In this document: piece after piece, positions 40,601 to 49,638 of the stretch
Layout: each line of letters starts with the position of its first letter
How positions within the stretch are numbered: position 1 is the first letter of the stretch
From: a virus
Direction: 5' to 3' (one strand)
Virus record (IMG/VR): IMGVR_UViG_3300030060_005695
DNA length: 64,000 nucleotides
Notes under the pieces: model-generated
Seen by the model: only the letters and a program-made list of their open reading frames with translations
What the model was told of the DNA's origin: nothing
Databases searched by the model: none
Position numbers and translations under genes: made by a program

Positions 40601-41237
40601 ACAATTTTTTACAATGCCAGCAACTGTTAGTACAACAGATACTGAAATGATATTTGAGGAAAATGGTTATTACTATATTAATTTAGAAAAACAATCATTT
40701 GGGGGTGTATCATTAGCTATAAATGGTGTCACTCAAGGAGAAGGTTTAAGTGGGTATACTAAAGTAAGTGACACAAGAATACAATTATTGTCTTCTACAG
40801 ACACATATCAATCAGGTGATACTTTTGCGTTATTTTACAAAACTATTTACATGTTAGCGGGTCTTAGTATGAATAAAGAACCACAAATACCTATAAATTA
40901 TTTAAAAGATAAAGCATTAATTGATGTTGTTAGAGTTAGATTATTTAATGATGACGGTAATGTAGTACAACAATTAAGTAAGACAATACCAGCCGAAAAA
41001 GTAGGTGCTGTTTATTGTTCTTTCACATTATTACCACCAGAACCAGGTAATTACAAATATAGAGTAAGTATCACCAGACAATATCCTTTATTAAATGGTG
41101 AAAGTGTATATTCTACAAGTCAAACGGATGTAGTTCCATTTGAAATAACAAGAAATGTATTTTATTCCCCTTCAGGTATAAATCCACGTAATGATACGGG
41201 TCCAGGTGGAGCTGAGGGATTTAGGGGTGGATATTAA
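37689..41237 (+). CDS. Tail appendage/adhesin-like protein with N-terminal SprB-like repeats and a lectin-like region
   Basis: CNGSI...APYLVTWSG...ISNLCADDY..TITD; second repeat FSGIENGLYTVTV; DNDSL motif; VNG...DY beta-sandwich repeats; ends GGY. Confidence 0.6.
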   Translation: MSISYVGNMKLNGYKITNTLSGSCNGSIIGANISASTNSAPYLVTWSGTNTLYTADTFDISNLCADDYVATITDYTGATATTTITLSAFTVPSIEASLTNDDCVLDPNKKGEITVSDSTTTTPTYTYELRKNNKLVDIYYGNTGNTRHAFSGIENGLYTVTVMEEKIIDFDTRPSQSGCTAYNFNDNGANYGWLLPNIIGNTWENFLPNAPFHLTFKNGWGPATGGTQIYYETGILPDGTIDSDNPYVWFYTGDTLTRKTDLGKNWYLGVSALTKEEGDNNVGPVMARTAANIGYFYYNSVINKFEYLWPTYGAVISWITYDPRQNYGIPGNPRSSNLTGATSGFSIANVSAIDVTIDPGSGTVEQFGGIYPDSGTNGKFYASSTANNASVGGMLSLCSYNNYSWETTFNATSDNDSLYIFLAAFRDDDAKYGPSGFTYSLYLQANGTSGKITIGHNAGSSGFGFKRDGYQFRDCFQGACTTVNPNAGKVSIANFDGYLTPFSAGTGAWQAMGAVRVKINRSGTTGEHFHIQFTETMGTGASATRAIGQTNGYNPRYDINFNLLDRTTWSGNSFSAYDEYDWLQRYDLCKFLGSKRIGYGQSSQPNLSFYHITFTGNPSQQEILPPDCGNSLGPANTVTITATTGTTTNVIQTNDTSSYSSTEPNVPKVNPRVNVSLQTMPSPSVSIVGLSKPNVKLSTQIGNKPALSVYNASQGGGGEIKVYYGGNNTDMLFGNMYPKFRIYPYITEEDRIATSPVYEAIFDTLPSYYDETSQSTIISGSTFIPWSGFCTGSSWEYIVRPSYLFKDKTSPNDVWIDTAFYPPQELVSTSQDFYMALVKDPPVPSLSLDDFRLPFSVPQMMIDTTVVTNMPSPTTPQFSSATYRHEIRSARPSVPLVTVNGIVVSEGMSGVTAVDSLTDAGGTDVSNYHTILPTGDYKLSLGNRAVTFFPETVQNGDQLQFIYDAAGGSWAQFFTMPATVSTTDTEMIFEENGYYYINLEKQSFGGVSLAINGVTQGEGLSGYTKVSDTRIQLLSSTDTYQSGDTFALFYKTIYMLAGLSMNKEPQIPINYLKDKALIDVVRVRLFNDDGNVVQQLSKTIPAEKVGAVYCSFTLLPPEPGNYKYRVSITRQYPLLNGESVYSTSQTDVVPFEITRNVFYSPSGINPRNDTGPGGAEGFRGGY

Positions 41238-41279
41238 ACATTTTGAAATAAAATGTATTTATGTATAAAGTAAAAAACT

Positions 41280-43688
41280 ATGAGTTATATAATTAAAAAC
41301 AGTACACAAGGAGCGATAGTCGCTCGTCTTACCGATGCCGGTAGAAGAAAACTATCAGAAGGAAAATTAAACATCGGACTTTTCCAAATAGGTGATAGTG
41401 AAGTTAACTATGATTGTTACGCGCAACAACCAGCAGCAAGTCCAGGTTTATTTATATTACAGGCAGAACACAATGCACAGAACTTAAACCCTATGCCTGA
41501 AAAAAATAAAGGTCATGTGAAATACCCATTAGTGGGTGGGTTAAGTAGTGGTGATACCTTTGGCCCAACTATACCACAACACCAACAAAACGATGTTTAT
41601 AATACTGCAACTCTAAGAGGATTTTTTACTGGAACAACTGATAATACTGCTGCAGGACAAGGTTCTTATACTTATTTTTCTGCTAATACTGGTGGTTCTT
41701 ATACATTATCATCAGATTGGTTATTTTGTACCTCTGCAATGACAGGTGGAAGTCAGATGTTGTTACATACAGCTTATACTATATGTTCTTTACAACAATA
41801 TTCACCAGTAATTGGTGATTTATTATCGGTTACGTATGAATTTTCAGGTGCTAACTGTTCACAACTTAACTATAGTGCAGCTTCTACAACATTATTCTAC
41901 CAAGTGGTAGCTGGTAATAGTAATTCCGCACAGACCAATGCGGCACTATATCTCACAGTAGATAGGGCACTCCCTAATTTTAGTGGGGTGACCACTCAGA
42001 TGGATGATGTTTGTATGAGAGTACGAGTATATCCAGCATCATCTGCTAATTCTACTACCCTATCTAGTATATATAATACCGCTAGTACTATTAATTGTTG
42101 GTGTGACGATACATTATCTTTTAACAATTGTTGTGACACATCTAACTCAGATGTTAAAATATGGAATATGAATATAAATTGGACACATCAAGTAGCGGGA
42201 GTAGCATCACCAACAAATGGTGTTTTTGTAGGGGTGGACAATTATGGTTCTAGTGGTTATTGTGGGTCCAAGGAATATTTTGGTTTAGAAAGTAACGATG
42301 GACAATCTTTTACGAATCAAGTTACTGATACTTACCACCCTTCAGTTATTGGTGGTACTTTTTACTTTGATTCTTTTTATAATACAAGAGTGGTTTTACC
42401 AGAAGACCAGAAATGTGCTGGTTTCATACACTACACAAATAATTCTACTACAGATTTTTATGGTGAAAAATTTGCCATGAAAGATACTACCATGACTACT
42501 ATTGGAGAAGCTAAAAACTTTAAATTACATTTACCTTGGTTAATGTGGCATAAAAAGAGTTCACAGGGTTCAGGGGTAGGAACTGGTGCGGGTAATGAAA
42601 CCATATTAGGTCAAACTTTTTATGTAGACCCACAATCTTACCCAGATGTATTTCCAGTCAATCCTCACTTAATGTTATCTAGTAAAAACATAAACATGAA
42701 TGATGATGGTTTAAGATATTATCATTTGTGGGATGACAATATAGGTAGTGGAGCAACACCTAATAGAGTAGGTAAAGTATTCCCAGACTATAAAATGATT
42801 GTTATAGATGATGAAGAATTATTAGCTGCTATGTCTTATAAATCTAATAGAAGTTGGACTTTACCAGCACCTAGAACCCAAAAAGTTCCAGCTGGTACAG
42901 GATGTCCTACTGGTGCGTGTGCTACATTTGGAGCGGTACAAAATCCGGGGGATACACTATATATGACTTACTTATTTGAAAATAATACAGTTGGTAATGC
43001 TGGAGTGGGTACTGGTTTACATTGTAATTATTATGTTAATGAAACTTTAGAACCAGGTGAAACTGCATTTGATGTTGGGATTACCTTAGGTGCAGAATTC
43101 CCTTATTTAAGAGATAATTTTGCTCTAACTGGTACTGGGTGGGAAGCGGACACATTACATATATTATGGCAAATAGTACCAAACGGACAAAAAGTTTCTC
43201 CACATGGTTGGAACATGAAAGATATTACAGGTGACATCCCAGGACACACAGTAGGAACTAAAATAGCTGCAACTAACATCATAAATCAAACATTTTTTCT
43301 AACTGGAAATGACACAGACCCAACGTGTAATCCAACACCTACAAATTATAGTTTAAATGATTATATCACTATACCACAAAATGGTGATTTAGCGGGATTG
43401 AATTTTGGTGACGAATATTTCTTTTATGGTAGTATAGAAACTGATATTATGGCAACCATATACGAAATGAAACACGTGGTACAGTTAGGTGCTAATCAAT
43501 ACGTTACCTCCACCAACCCAACATGGTTAGATTATACAGCCGTTAATGGTTACACCAATCCAAGGTTAACCGAAATTGGTTTATATGATAATGAGAACGG
43601 GTTCCCAGACTTAATGGCTATAGCAAAATTGCAGTCACCTGTTGAAAGAACAAGTACTCAGCAATTTACTATATCTATTGATTTTTAA
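41280..43688 (+). CDS. Tail-collar-fibre-like (DUF3751-like) structural protein, N and C halves separated by a large insertion
   Basis: N-terminal LTDAGRRKL...FQIGDSEVNY and C-terminal TEIGLYD...LMAIAKLQSPVER. Confidence 0.55.
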   Translation: MSYIIKNSTQGAIVARLTDAGRRKLSEGKLNIGLFQIGDSEVNYDCYAQQPAASPGLFILQAEHNAQNLNPMPEKNKGHVKYPLVGGLSSGDTFGPTIPQHQQNDVYNTATLRGFFTGTTDNTAAGQGSYTYFSANTGGSYTLSSDWLFCTSAMTGGSQMLLHTAYTICSLQQYSPVIGDLLSVTYEFSGANCSQLNYSAASTTLFYQVVAGNSNSAQTNAALYLTVDRALPNFSGVTTQMDDVCMRVRVYPASSANSTTLSSIYNTASTINCWCDDTLSFNNCCDTSNSDVKIWNMNINWTHQVAGVASPTNGVFVGVDNYGSSGYCGSKEYFGLESNDGQSFTNQVTDTYHPSVIGGTFYFDSFYNTRVVLPEDQKCAGFIHYTNNSTTDFYGEKFAMKDTTMTTIGEAKNFKLHLPWLMWHKKSSQGSGVGTGAGNETILGQTFYVDPQSYPDVFPVNPHLMLSSKNINMNDDGLRYYHLWDDNIGSGATPNRVGKVFPDYKMIVIDDEELLAAMSYKSNRSWTLPAPRTQKVPAGTGCPTGACATFGAVQNPGDTLYMTYLFENNTVGNAGVGTGLHCNYYVNETLEPGETAFDVGITLGAEFPYLRDNFALTGTGWEADTLHILWQIVPNGQKVSPHGWNMKDITGDIPGHTVGTKIAATNIINQTFFLTGNDTDPTCNPTPTNYSLNDYITIPQNGDLAGLNFGDEYFFYGSIETDIMATIYEMKHVVQLGANQYVTSTNPTWLDYTAVNGYTNPRLTEIGLYDNENGFPDLMAIAKLQSPVERTSTQQFTISIDF

Positions 43689-44470
43689 TGGGGTATTTAG
43701 GGATTTACAATAATACATTATCTGGTAACACATTTAGGTTATATCTTTCCGATTATGGTAGAAGCGTTATTGGTACAGGAAATGGTTTAATGGACGCAAT
43801 AGCACAATTTGGTTTGGGTGATTCTGATATTGATTATCGTAGATTTGTTGGTAGTGGTAGTTGTAGTGGTCAAACAGGTTTAAGTGCTTTTACAGGTTCA
43901 TGTTTTTATGATTTACCAGATGCAAGAGGTGGAGAACCAACAAGTACTAAACAAAGTTTTGGTACACTACCCTCGATTTTTAGAGGAGCAAGAACTAATA
44001 TTAAATCAGGTGTAGTATCTTTATTAGATACAACCCTAGGTGTTGGACCCACGAATACTAGTACACTTTGGGCAAAATACAAAAAACCAGAAAAACCGGA
44101 AGAAATAGAAAACCCAACCAGTGGAAATTTTGACACATGTTGGGAAGTAGGTCACAACGTGACAGAATTCTACCCCTCATATTGTGTGAGTTGTGCTGAC
44201 TTTAACGGAGATGGTATGGTAGATATAAAAGATTTAATAGTTTTTTTAAATTTAATAGGTACTGAAGCTAAAGTAGGTAATGAATTAATTGGGGATTTTA
44301 ACGGTGACGGTATTGTAGATAAAAAAGACTTGATGATTTTTATGGAATGTTTAAGGTATAATAATAGAAGTATAGAAAGTTATTGTAAAAATAAAGAAGT
44401 TTATTGTTTATTATGTAAACATTTAGGTGGTGAATCACCATGTAATGGTGATTGTTTAAAATGTGTGTAA
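43688..44470 (+). CDS. Tail-collar N-half paralog with C-terminal dockerin/EF-hand-like duplicated Ca-binding motif
   Basis: MGY...LSDYGR...FGLGDSDIDY; DFNGDGMVDIKDL and DFNGDGIVDKKDL; Cys-rich end. Confidence 0.65.
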   Translation: MGYLGIYNNTLSGNTFRLYLSDYGRSVIGTGNGLMDAIAQFGLGDSDIDYRRFVGSGSCSGQTGLSAFTGSCFYDLPDARGGEPTSTKQSFGTLPSIFRGARTNIKSGVVSLLDTTLGVGPTNTSTLWAKYKKPEKPEEIENPTSGNFDTCWEVGHNVTEFYPSYCVSCADFNGDGMVDIKDLIVFLNLIGTEAKVGNELIGDFNGDGIVDKKDLMIFMECLRYNNRSIESYCKNKEVYCLLCKHLGGESPCNGDCLKCV

Positions 44471-44522
44471 TAATGGTAAGAAATCGTTTAACGAGATAAT
44501 TATATAGTAAGAGAATAATAAT

Positions 44523-46394
44523 ATGGGTTATATAAGTGCACAAACAGCAACAACATTGACAGTTCAGTTAACTGAACAAGGTCGTCAATTAATGCTATCA
44601 ACAGGTAGTTTTATAAGTTTATTTGATAAATTTGTTATTTCAGATGGTAACATTGATTATAGAAATACACAAGCACATGGTGATAGTAGTAGCACCGCTA
44701 ACAATTCTGCACAATTAGGTTATATACCTGATGCAACAGGACAAGATAACAATTATAAGAACTCTATAAGTAATGGGTATACTATAAATAATGCAGTATG
44801 GCAAACACCATCCTCAAATAAAGTATTCACCAGAGATAAAAAATATGTTTCAGTGGGAGTTAGAGGAACAGATAACCTAGTAAAATACTATAGAAATGAA
44901 GTTGAGATAGATGTGTATTTGTCAGACTACTATGTTCTATGTAAATTATTAGCAGCCAAATATATAGACGACCACAAAGACATCCTATCTTCTGCAGCAA
45001 CAACAATCTCAACAGCTACAACTAATTATTTTGAAAATACATTAAATATTCGTAACAATAGTGATTATACTAATTTCTTAAATGAGTTATCACAACATGG
45101 TGTAGGTCAATATATTGACTATGTAGATTCAGTTAAAATATATGACGGAACTAATTTTACAACAAGTGGTATAAAATTAGTACCATTAAAGGATAGTAGT
45201 TATTATAATGCACTTGCAATGGCTGGGGGTGCATTTATGAATAGAGGACAACATACTGGTATTGATTTTACGGGTACAAACTTAAAAGGTTTACAACTAC
45301 CATCACCATTCTCTTTAGTATTTTCTCCTGGATTAGACGAAAATGGTACAAGATATTTAAGGGGTGCTGGGAGATATGGAATTGGATTCGCAGCATTTGA
45401 TGTTGGGTATTTAAATTGTGGAGGAATGTCAACATGGAACCAAAACGGACAATCTTACCCAACATTTAATATGAATTCAACACAAAACGGCTGGGTAAGT
45501 GATTTAGCAAATGAAGTAGAACCATTAATAGGATTTGTAAGTACTATAGATATGGAAAGAGAAGTAAGTATAACTGAAAGTGGGTTCAACAGTCCAGCTT
45601 ATAAAAATATAAACATAACTATACCAACTACAAGGTTAGTGATTAACGTGACAAATTCTAATTATTCACCAACGTACTACCCAATAAAACTAAAAAGATT
45701 AACACAAAATCAAGGTGAATATGTAGATATTAATAAAGATAATAATAAAGGTATTCGTATAACCTATACCACACACCCATCAGATACGTTTGGGTTATTA
45801 ATGGGTAGTATGGAATATACTGCTAATTGGAATAACAACGAACAAGGACTTAAAAGTGGTGGAGCAGACTTCTCACTATATCCATCTAAAGATAATGGAT
45901 TAAGTATAGTAGCTGGTAACGTTGTTGCGGAAACAGACCCATATTACACATTATTTACTAGACAAGCAAAAATGGCGGATAATATATTTACTACTATTGC
46001 TAGACAGAATAATAGTTATTGGAAAACTGATACTTATAGTGGTGGTTATATAGCTGGGTTAAGTGGTAGTGGATTAACTTCATATAATATTTCAGTACCA
46101 GTAAGTTGGGAAGTACAATCTTCAGAACAAAATGGTGTAGTACCATGTAAATTAACTGTTAGGTTTAAATTTAATAAAGCAGCACTATCACCATCTTTTG
46201 CTTACAAAAACGTTTCATCACAAAATTATTATAGAATGTACGATAACGCAACATTCCGTTTTTATGGTGAAGCGGGTGGAGACAGAAGTTCGTACTCAGA
46301 AGACCCTAGAGGGCATAACAGTTCAAATCCGTGGCAAACAAGTGGGGGTAAAGCTCTATTCTTTAAAGTTACAAGCGGACAAGTAATAAATTAA
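44523..46394 (+). CDS. Tail-collar N-half paralog, putative structural protein
   Basis: MGY...LTEQGRQLM...FVISDGNIDYR...GYIPDATG. Confidence 0.55.
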   Translation: MGYISAQTATTLTVQLTEQGRQLMLSTGSFISLFDKFVISDGNIDYRNTQAHGDSSSTANNSAQLGYIPDATGQDNNYKNSISNGYTINNAVWQTPSSNKVFTRDKKYVSVGVRGTDNLVKYYRNEVEIDVYLSDYYVLCKLLAAKYIDDHKDILSSAATTISTATTNYFENTLNIRNNSDYTNFLNELSQHGVGQYIDYVDSVKIYDGTNFTTSGIKLVPLKDSSYYNALAMAGGAFMNRGQHTGIDFTGTNLKGLQLPSPFSLVFSPGLDENGTRYLRGAGRYGIGFAAFDVGYLNCGGMSTWNQNGQSYPTFNMNSTQNGWVSDLANEVEPLIGFVSTIDMEREVSITESGFNSPAYKNINITIPTTRLVINVTNSNYSPTYYPIKLKRLTQNQGEYVDINKDNNKGIRITYTTHPSDTFGLLMGSMEYTANWNNNEQGLKSGGADFSLYPSKDNGLSIVAGNVVAETDPYYTLFTRQAKMADNIFTTIARQNNSYWKTDTYSGGYIAGLSGSGLTSYNISVPVSWEVQSSEQNGVVPCKLTVRFKFNKAALSPSFAYKNVSSQNYYRMYDNATFRFYGEAGGDRSSYSEDPRGHNSSNPWQTSGGKALFFKVTSGQVIN

Positions 46395-46399
46395 ATAAA

Positions 46400-46831
46400 A
46401 TGGATACAAAAGCTTTAGAATTTTATAGGGGTGAAAGTAAATGTACTGAAAATAGTGTTTTGGTTGGAAAAGAACCTATTTTATATGTAGATAACCAAAG
46501 AATAAGAGGTGCTAGAAATAGATTTGTCGACCAATCTAGAAGTAGTGAGGCCAGTAGATATTATGGTACACCTGGTGAATATAACGCAGTTTTTGCACCA
46601 TCCAAATACATCTCAGTGGTTAGTCCACCAGATAAAGGTAAGTACATGTTTGTTAGTTACACAAGTAGTCCGTCATTAACAACAAATAAAGTATTTCCAG
46701 GAATTCAAAACAATGCAAATGGTAGAACTGAAGGTAGTCCTTTTCATGTGGTACCCCTTTACTTTGCGGGTAGAGCATCTTTAGTTTTAGATAGAGCTAT
46801 AAATTCGAATAATTATAAAAGTTGGGTTTAA
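46400..46831 (+). CDS. Hypothetical protein
   Basis: 143-aa ORF tightly packed in the operon. Confidence 0.55.
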   Translation: MDTKALEFYRGESKCTENSVLVGKEPILYVDNQRIRGARNRFVDQSRSSEASRYYGTPGEYNAVFAPSKYISVVSPPDKGKYMFVSYTSSPSLTTNKVFPGIQNNANGRTEGSPFHVVPLYFAGRASLVLDRAINSNNYKSWV

Positions 46832-46832
46832 A

Positions 46833-48050
46833 ATGGGAAAATTTAAAAAAATAAAAACAAGTGAAAAAAGAATAGAAGCGGTTCTAGTACCTTATAATGC
46901 TTCTGCAAGTACTGGATGGAACTACATAAGTGGGTCAAGCTTACCATTCACAATAATACAAAGAAACCCTTCAAACGGTAGAGCTTTTTCTAATCTATAC
47001 TCTTCCTTTAATATGCCAGCAAATAGTGGGGCAACAAATTCATTCCTATCAACTTGGGCAAATACAGGTTTTAGTGGACTTTCACAAGCACAAGCAATAG
47101 TAGCTGAAATTCCAAAAAGTGAATATGGGGTATTAATAGATGGTAGAACATTAAAACTATTAGTACCTAAAGGAAATCCTGGAGCAGAAGGTAATTATGA
47201 GTTGTATAGTTCTTACTACAATCCAATGCCAACCTCATCCGATAATTCTGATGAGGGTGAATTTTTTGGTAACCCAAAAATATCTGGTAACATAGTTGGT
47301 AATCCCGGACTACCATCAACTAATGTAGCCTTTTTGTTTTGTGATGAAATACTAGGACCTTCCTTATCAGCATCTAACACTAATATAACAAGCTGGTCAA
47401 GTGGGTGGGTTTCAGGAACCACACCAACAGGATATCCTAACGCTGGTGTAGATAATTTTAGATTTACAGAAACAGTCTCATCATCTAAAACACCTAAAGC
47501 TTATGCACAAGTACAAGACCGTCCAGTAGGTATAGCTTATCTAGATAAAGGATTTGCTGTTATAACGGACCCAGGTATTGTTGCTAATTTTAATTATAGT
47601 GGAGCTTCTACTGGAGGTACCTTAGCGTATCCATTCCATAAAGGAAACCCTAACGCGAATACAATGTCATTTGCATCTGCAGCTACTCAGATATATTTTA
47701 CTGGTTCTAGTTCTGCAAATTGTACTTTTTATTCTTTTGAAAAAGAATATAGAATAGTGGTAGATATTGTTGCTGCGGCAGGTGAATTTTATGTTACAGA
47801 AAATCAAACAGCTTCACCAGCGGAAACACCTTATTATGGTGCGGGAGGTGATGACACAGGAATACAATTCCAAACTCCATTTGGTGACGTACATAACATA
47901 TGGGATTTATCAGATGTAAGTTCTTCTTATATAACAGAAATAGGACTATATGACTCATCAAACCGACTAATAGCTGTTGCTATTCCAGATAGACCTATAG
48001 AAAAAGCAAAAAACACACCCGTAAACCTACAACTAGTACTTACTTTCTAA
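46833..48050 (+). CDS. Structural protein carrying the tail-collar C-half motif
   Basis: IPKSEYGVLIDG, VGIAYLDKGFAVIT, C-terminal YITEIGLYDSSNRLIAVAIPDRPIEK. Confidence 0.6.
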   Translation: MGKFKKIKTSEKRIEAVLVPYNASASTGWNYISGSSLPFTIIQRNPSNGRAFSNLYSSFNMPANSGATNSFLSTWANTGFSGLSQAQAIVAEIPKSEYGVLIDGRTLKLLVPKGNPGAEGNYELYSSYYNPMPTSSDNSDEGEFFGNPKISGNIVGNPGLPSTNVAFLFCDEILGPSLSASNTNITSWSSGWVSGTTPTGYPNAGVDNFRFTETVSSSKTPKAYAQVQDRPVGIAYLDKGFAVITDPGIVANFNYSGASTGGTLAYPFHKGNPNANTMSFASAATQIYFTGSSSANCTFYSFEKEYRIVVDIVAAAGEFYVTENQTASPAETPYYGAGGDDTGIQFQTPFGDVHNIWDLSDVSSSYITEIGLYDSSNRLIAVAIPDRPIEKAKNTPVNLQLVLTF

Positions 48051-48090
48051 TATTATTTTATAGTATTATATAAAATAAAAAAGATTACGG

Positions 48091-48687
48091 ATGAATAATA
48101 TAGGAAATACCCCTAAAGTATTAGGTTTAGATATATCAACCAAAACTATAGGATGGGCACTTTTTGATATACAAAAACAAGAACTATTAGAGCTAACACA
48201 CTTCTCACCCAAAGTCAAACCTAAAAGAGAAGATAAAATAGAAGAAATGTTAGTAAAAGCCGACCAATTTCATGACAAATTAATAGACTATAAAAATATT
48301 GGTATAACTAAAGTTATTATAGAAGAACCCCTTATAAATTCTAATAATATTAGAACGGTAGCTACATTAATGAGATACAATTCTTTTATAACTAGAACAA
48401 TATATAATGTATTAGGTATTATCCCTTCATTCATATCAACCTACAACTCTAGAAAATTTGCTTTTCCAGAATTAGTTGCTGAAAATATAAAAGGTAGAAA
48501 AGTATTATTTGGTAAATATGAAGTAGGGTGTGATAAAAAACATATTATCTGGCAAAAGGTATCTAATAAAGAACCACATTTAACATGGGCTTATACGAGA
48601 AATAATACACTTAAAAAAGAAAATTTTGATATGTGTGACGCATATACTTGTGTATTAGGTCACATGAATCAAAATAATCTATGGTAA
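48091..48687 (+). CDS. ruvC: RuvC-like Holliday junction resolvase
   Basis: VLGLDISTKTIGWA, VIIEEP, FDMCDAY. Confidence 0.8.
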   Translation: MNNIGNTPKVLGLDISTKTIGWALFDIQKQELLELTHFSPKVKPKREDKIEEMLVKADQFHDKLIDYKNIGITKVIIEEPLINSNNIRTVATLMRYNSFITRTIYNVLGIIPSFISTYNSRKFAFPELVAENIKGRKVLFGKYEVGCDKKHIIWQKVSNKEPHLTWAYTRNNTLKKENFDMCDAYTCVLGHMNQNNLW

Positions 48688-48718
48688 TTGATTCCTTATA
48701 AAAAATTCCATACATTTA
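48688..48718 (+). promoter_or_regulatory. Host-type promoter for primase
   Basis: TTG-N20-TACATTTA, then 4 nt to ATG. Confidence 0.65.
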
Positions 48719-48722
48719 TCAT

Positions 48723-49637
48723 ATGGAAGATTCACCACTATTATTAGAATTATTACAGGATGTTTTAGGAGAAATAAATTCACATTATCCTAATAAGGGA
48801 CAAATATCTTTTGATTGTCCAGTATGTTCTTACGATATTAAAGGATTAGATAAGGGTGACGGTAAAGGAAACTTTGAAGTAAACTACCAACAAGGAGTCT
48901 ATAAATGTTGGGCTTGTTCTGAAACATACGGTACTCACGGTTCTCTAAACAAATTATTTTTAAAGTGGGGTGATAGGAGACATAAGTCAACTTGGGAGTT
49001 AATAGGTGGTGACTTCATCAAAACAAAGAAAAGAAAGTACGAAGATGTAAAATTACCAAAACACTATATTTCATTTAGTAAAGGTAATAAACTCACAATA
49101 CCATATAAAGAAGCGTATAATTATTTAAGAAAAAGAAATATAAATGATGAGGTAATTTCTAAATATTCTATAGGTTATAGTACAGAAGGTCCCTATAGTG
49201 GTAGAATAATAGTACCATCTTTTGATGAAAATGAAGAAATCAACTACTTTGTTTCACGTTCCTATGTTGGACATAAAAATAAATACAAAAACCCTGAAGC
49301 CGAAAAAGATAAAATAATATTTAACGAACACTTAATTAATTGGGAAGAAAATATATATTTAGTAGAAGGTGTCTTTGATATGTTTTTTGTACCAAACGCT
49401 ATTCCCGTTTTAGGGAAAAGTGTTAGTGACAAACTATGGAATAAATTATATGATAATGCAAAAAAGAATATTATAATTTGTTTAGATGGTGATGCTTGGA
49501 AAGACGCACAAAATTTATATAGAAAACTAGATGGTGGTAAACTAAATGGTAGAATTAGGTTAATTAGATTGCCGTTAGATAAAGATGTTGGTGAATTAGG
49601 TGGGTTAAAAGGACTCAAAGAAATAAAATTATTATAA
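48723..49637 (+). CDS. dnaG: DNA primase (Zn finger + TOPRIM)
   Basis: CPVC...CWAC, YLRKRNI, GRIIVP, KYKNP, LVEGVFD, CLDGDA. Confidence 0.9.
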   Translation: MEDSPLLLELLQDVLGEINSHYPNKGQISFDCPVCSYDIKGLDKGDGKGNFEVNYQQGVYKCWACSETYGTHGSLNKLFLKWGDRRHKSTWELIGGDFIKTKKRKYEDVKLPKHYISFSKGNKLTIPYKEAYNYLRKRNINDEVISKYSIGYSTEGPYSGRIIVPSFDENEEINYFVSRSYVGHKNKYKNPEAEKDKIIFNEHLINWEENIYLVEGVFDMFFVPNAIPVLGKSVSDKLWNKLYDNAKKNIIICLDGDAWKDAQNLYRKLDGGKLNGRIRLIRLPLDKDVGELGGLKGLKEIKLL

Positions 49638-49638
49638 T

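Noticed and set aside
11193-48050. Bacterial eCIS/T6SS/tailocin locus
   Set aside because: Flanked by phage replication genes (gp32, UvsX, gp41-like helicase, primase, gp46/47) and no host housekeeping context.
48053-48078. AT-only inverted repeat TTATTTTATA-N6-TATAAAATAA at the end of the structural block
   Set aside because: Weak stability and likely by chance in AT-rich DNA, so not called as a terminator.
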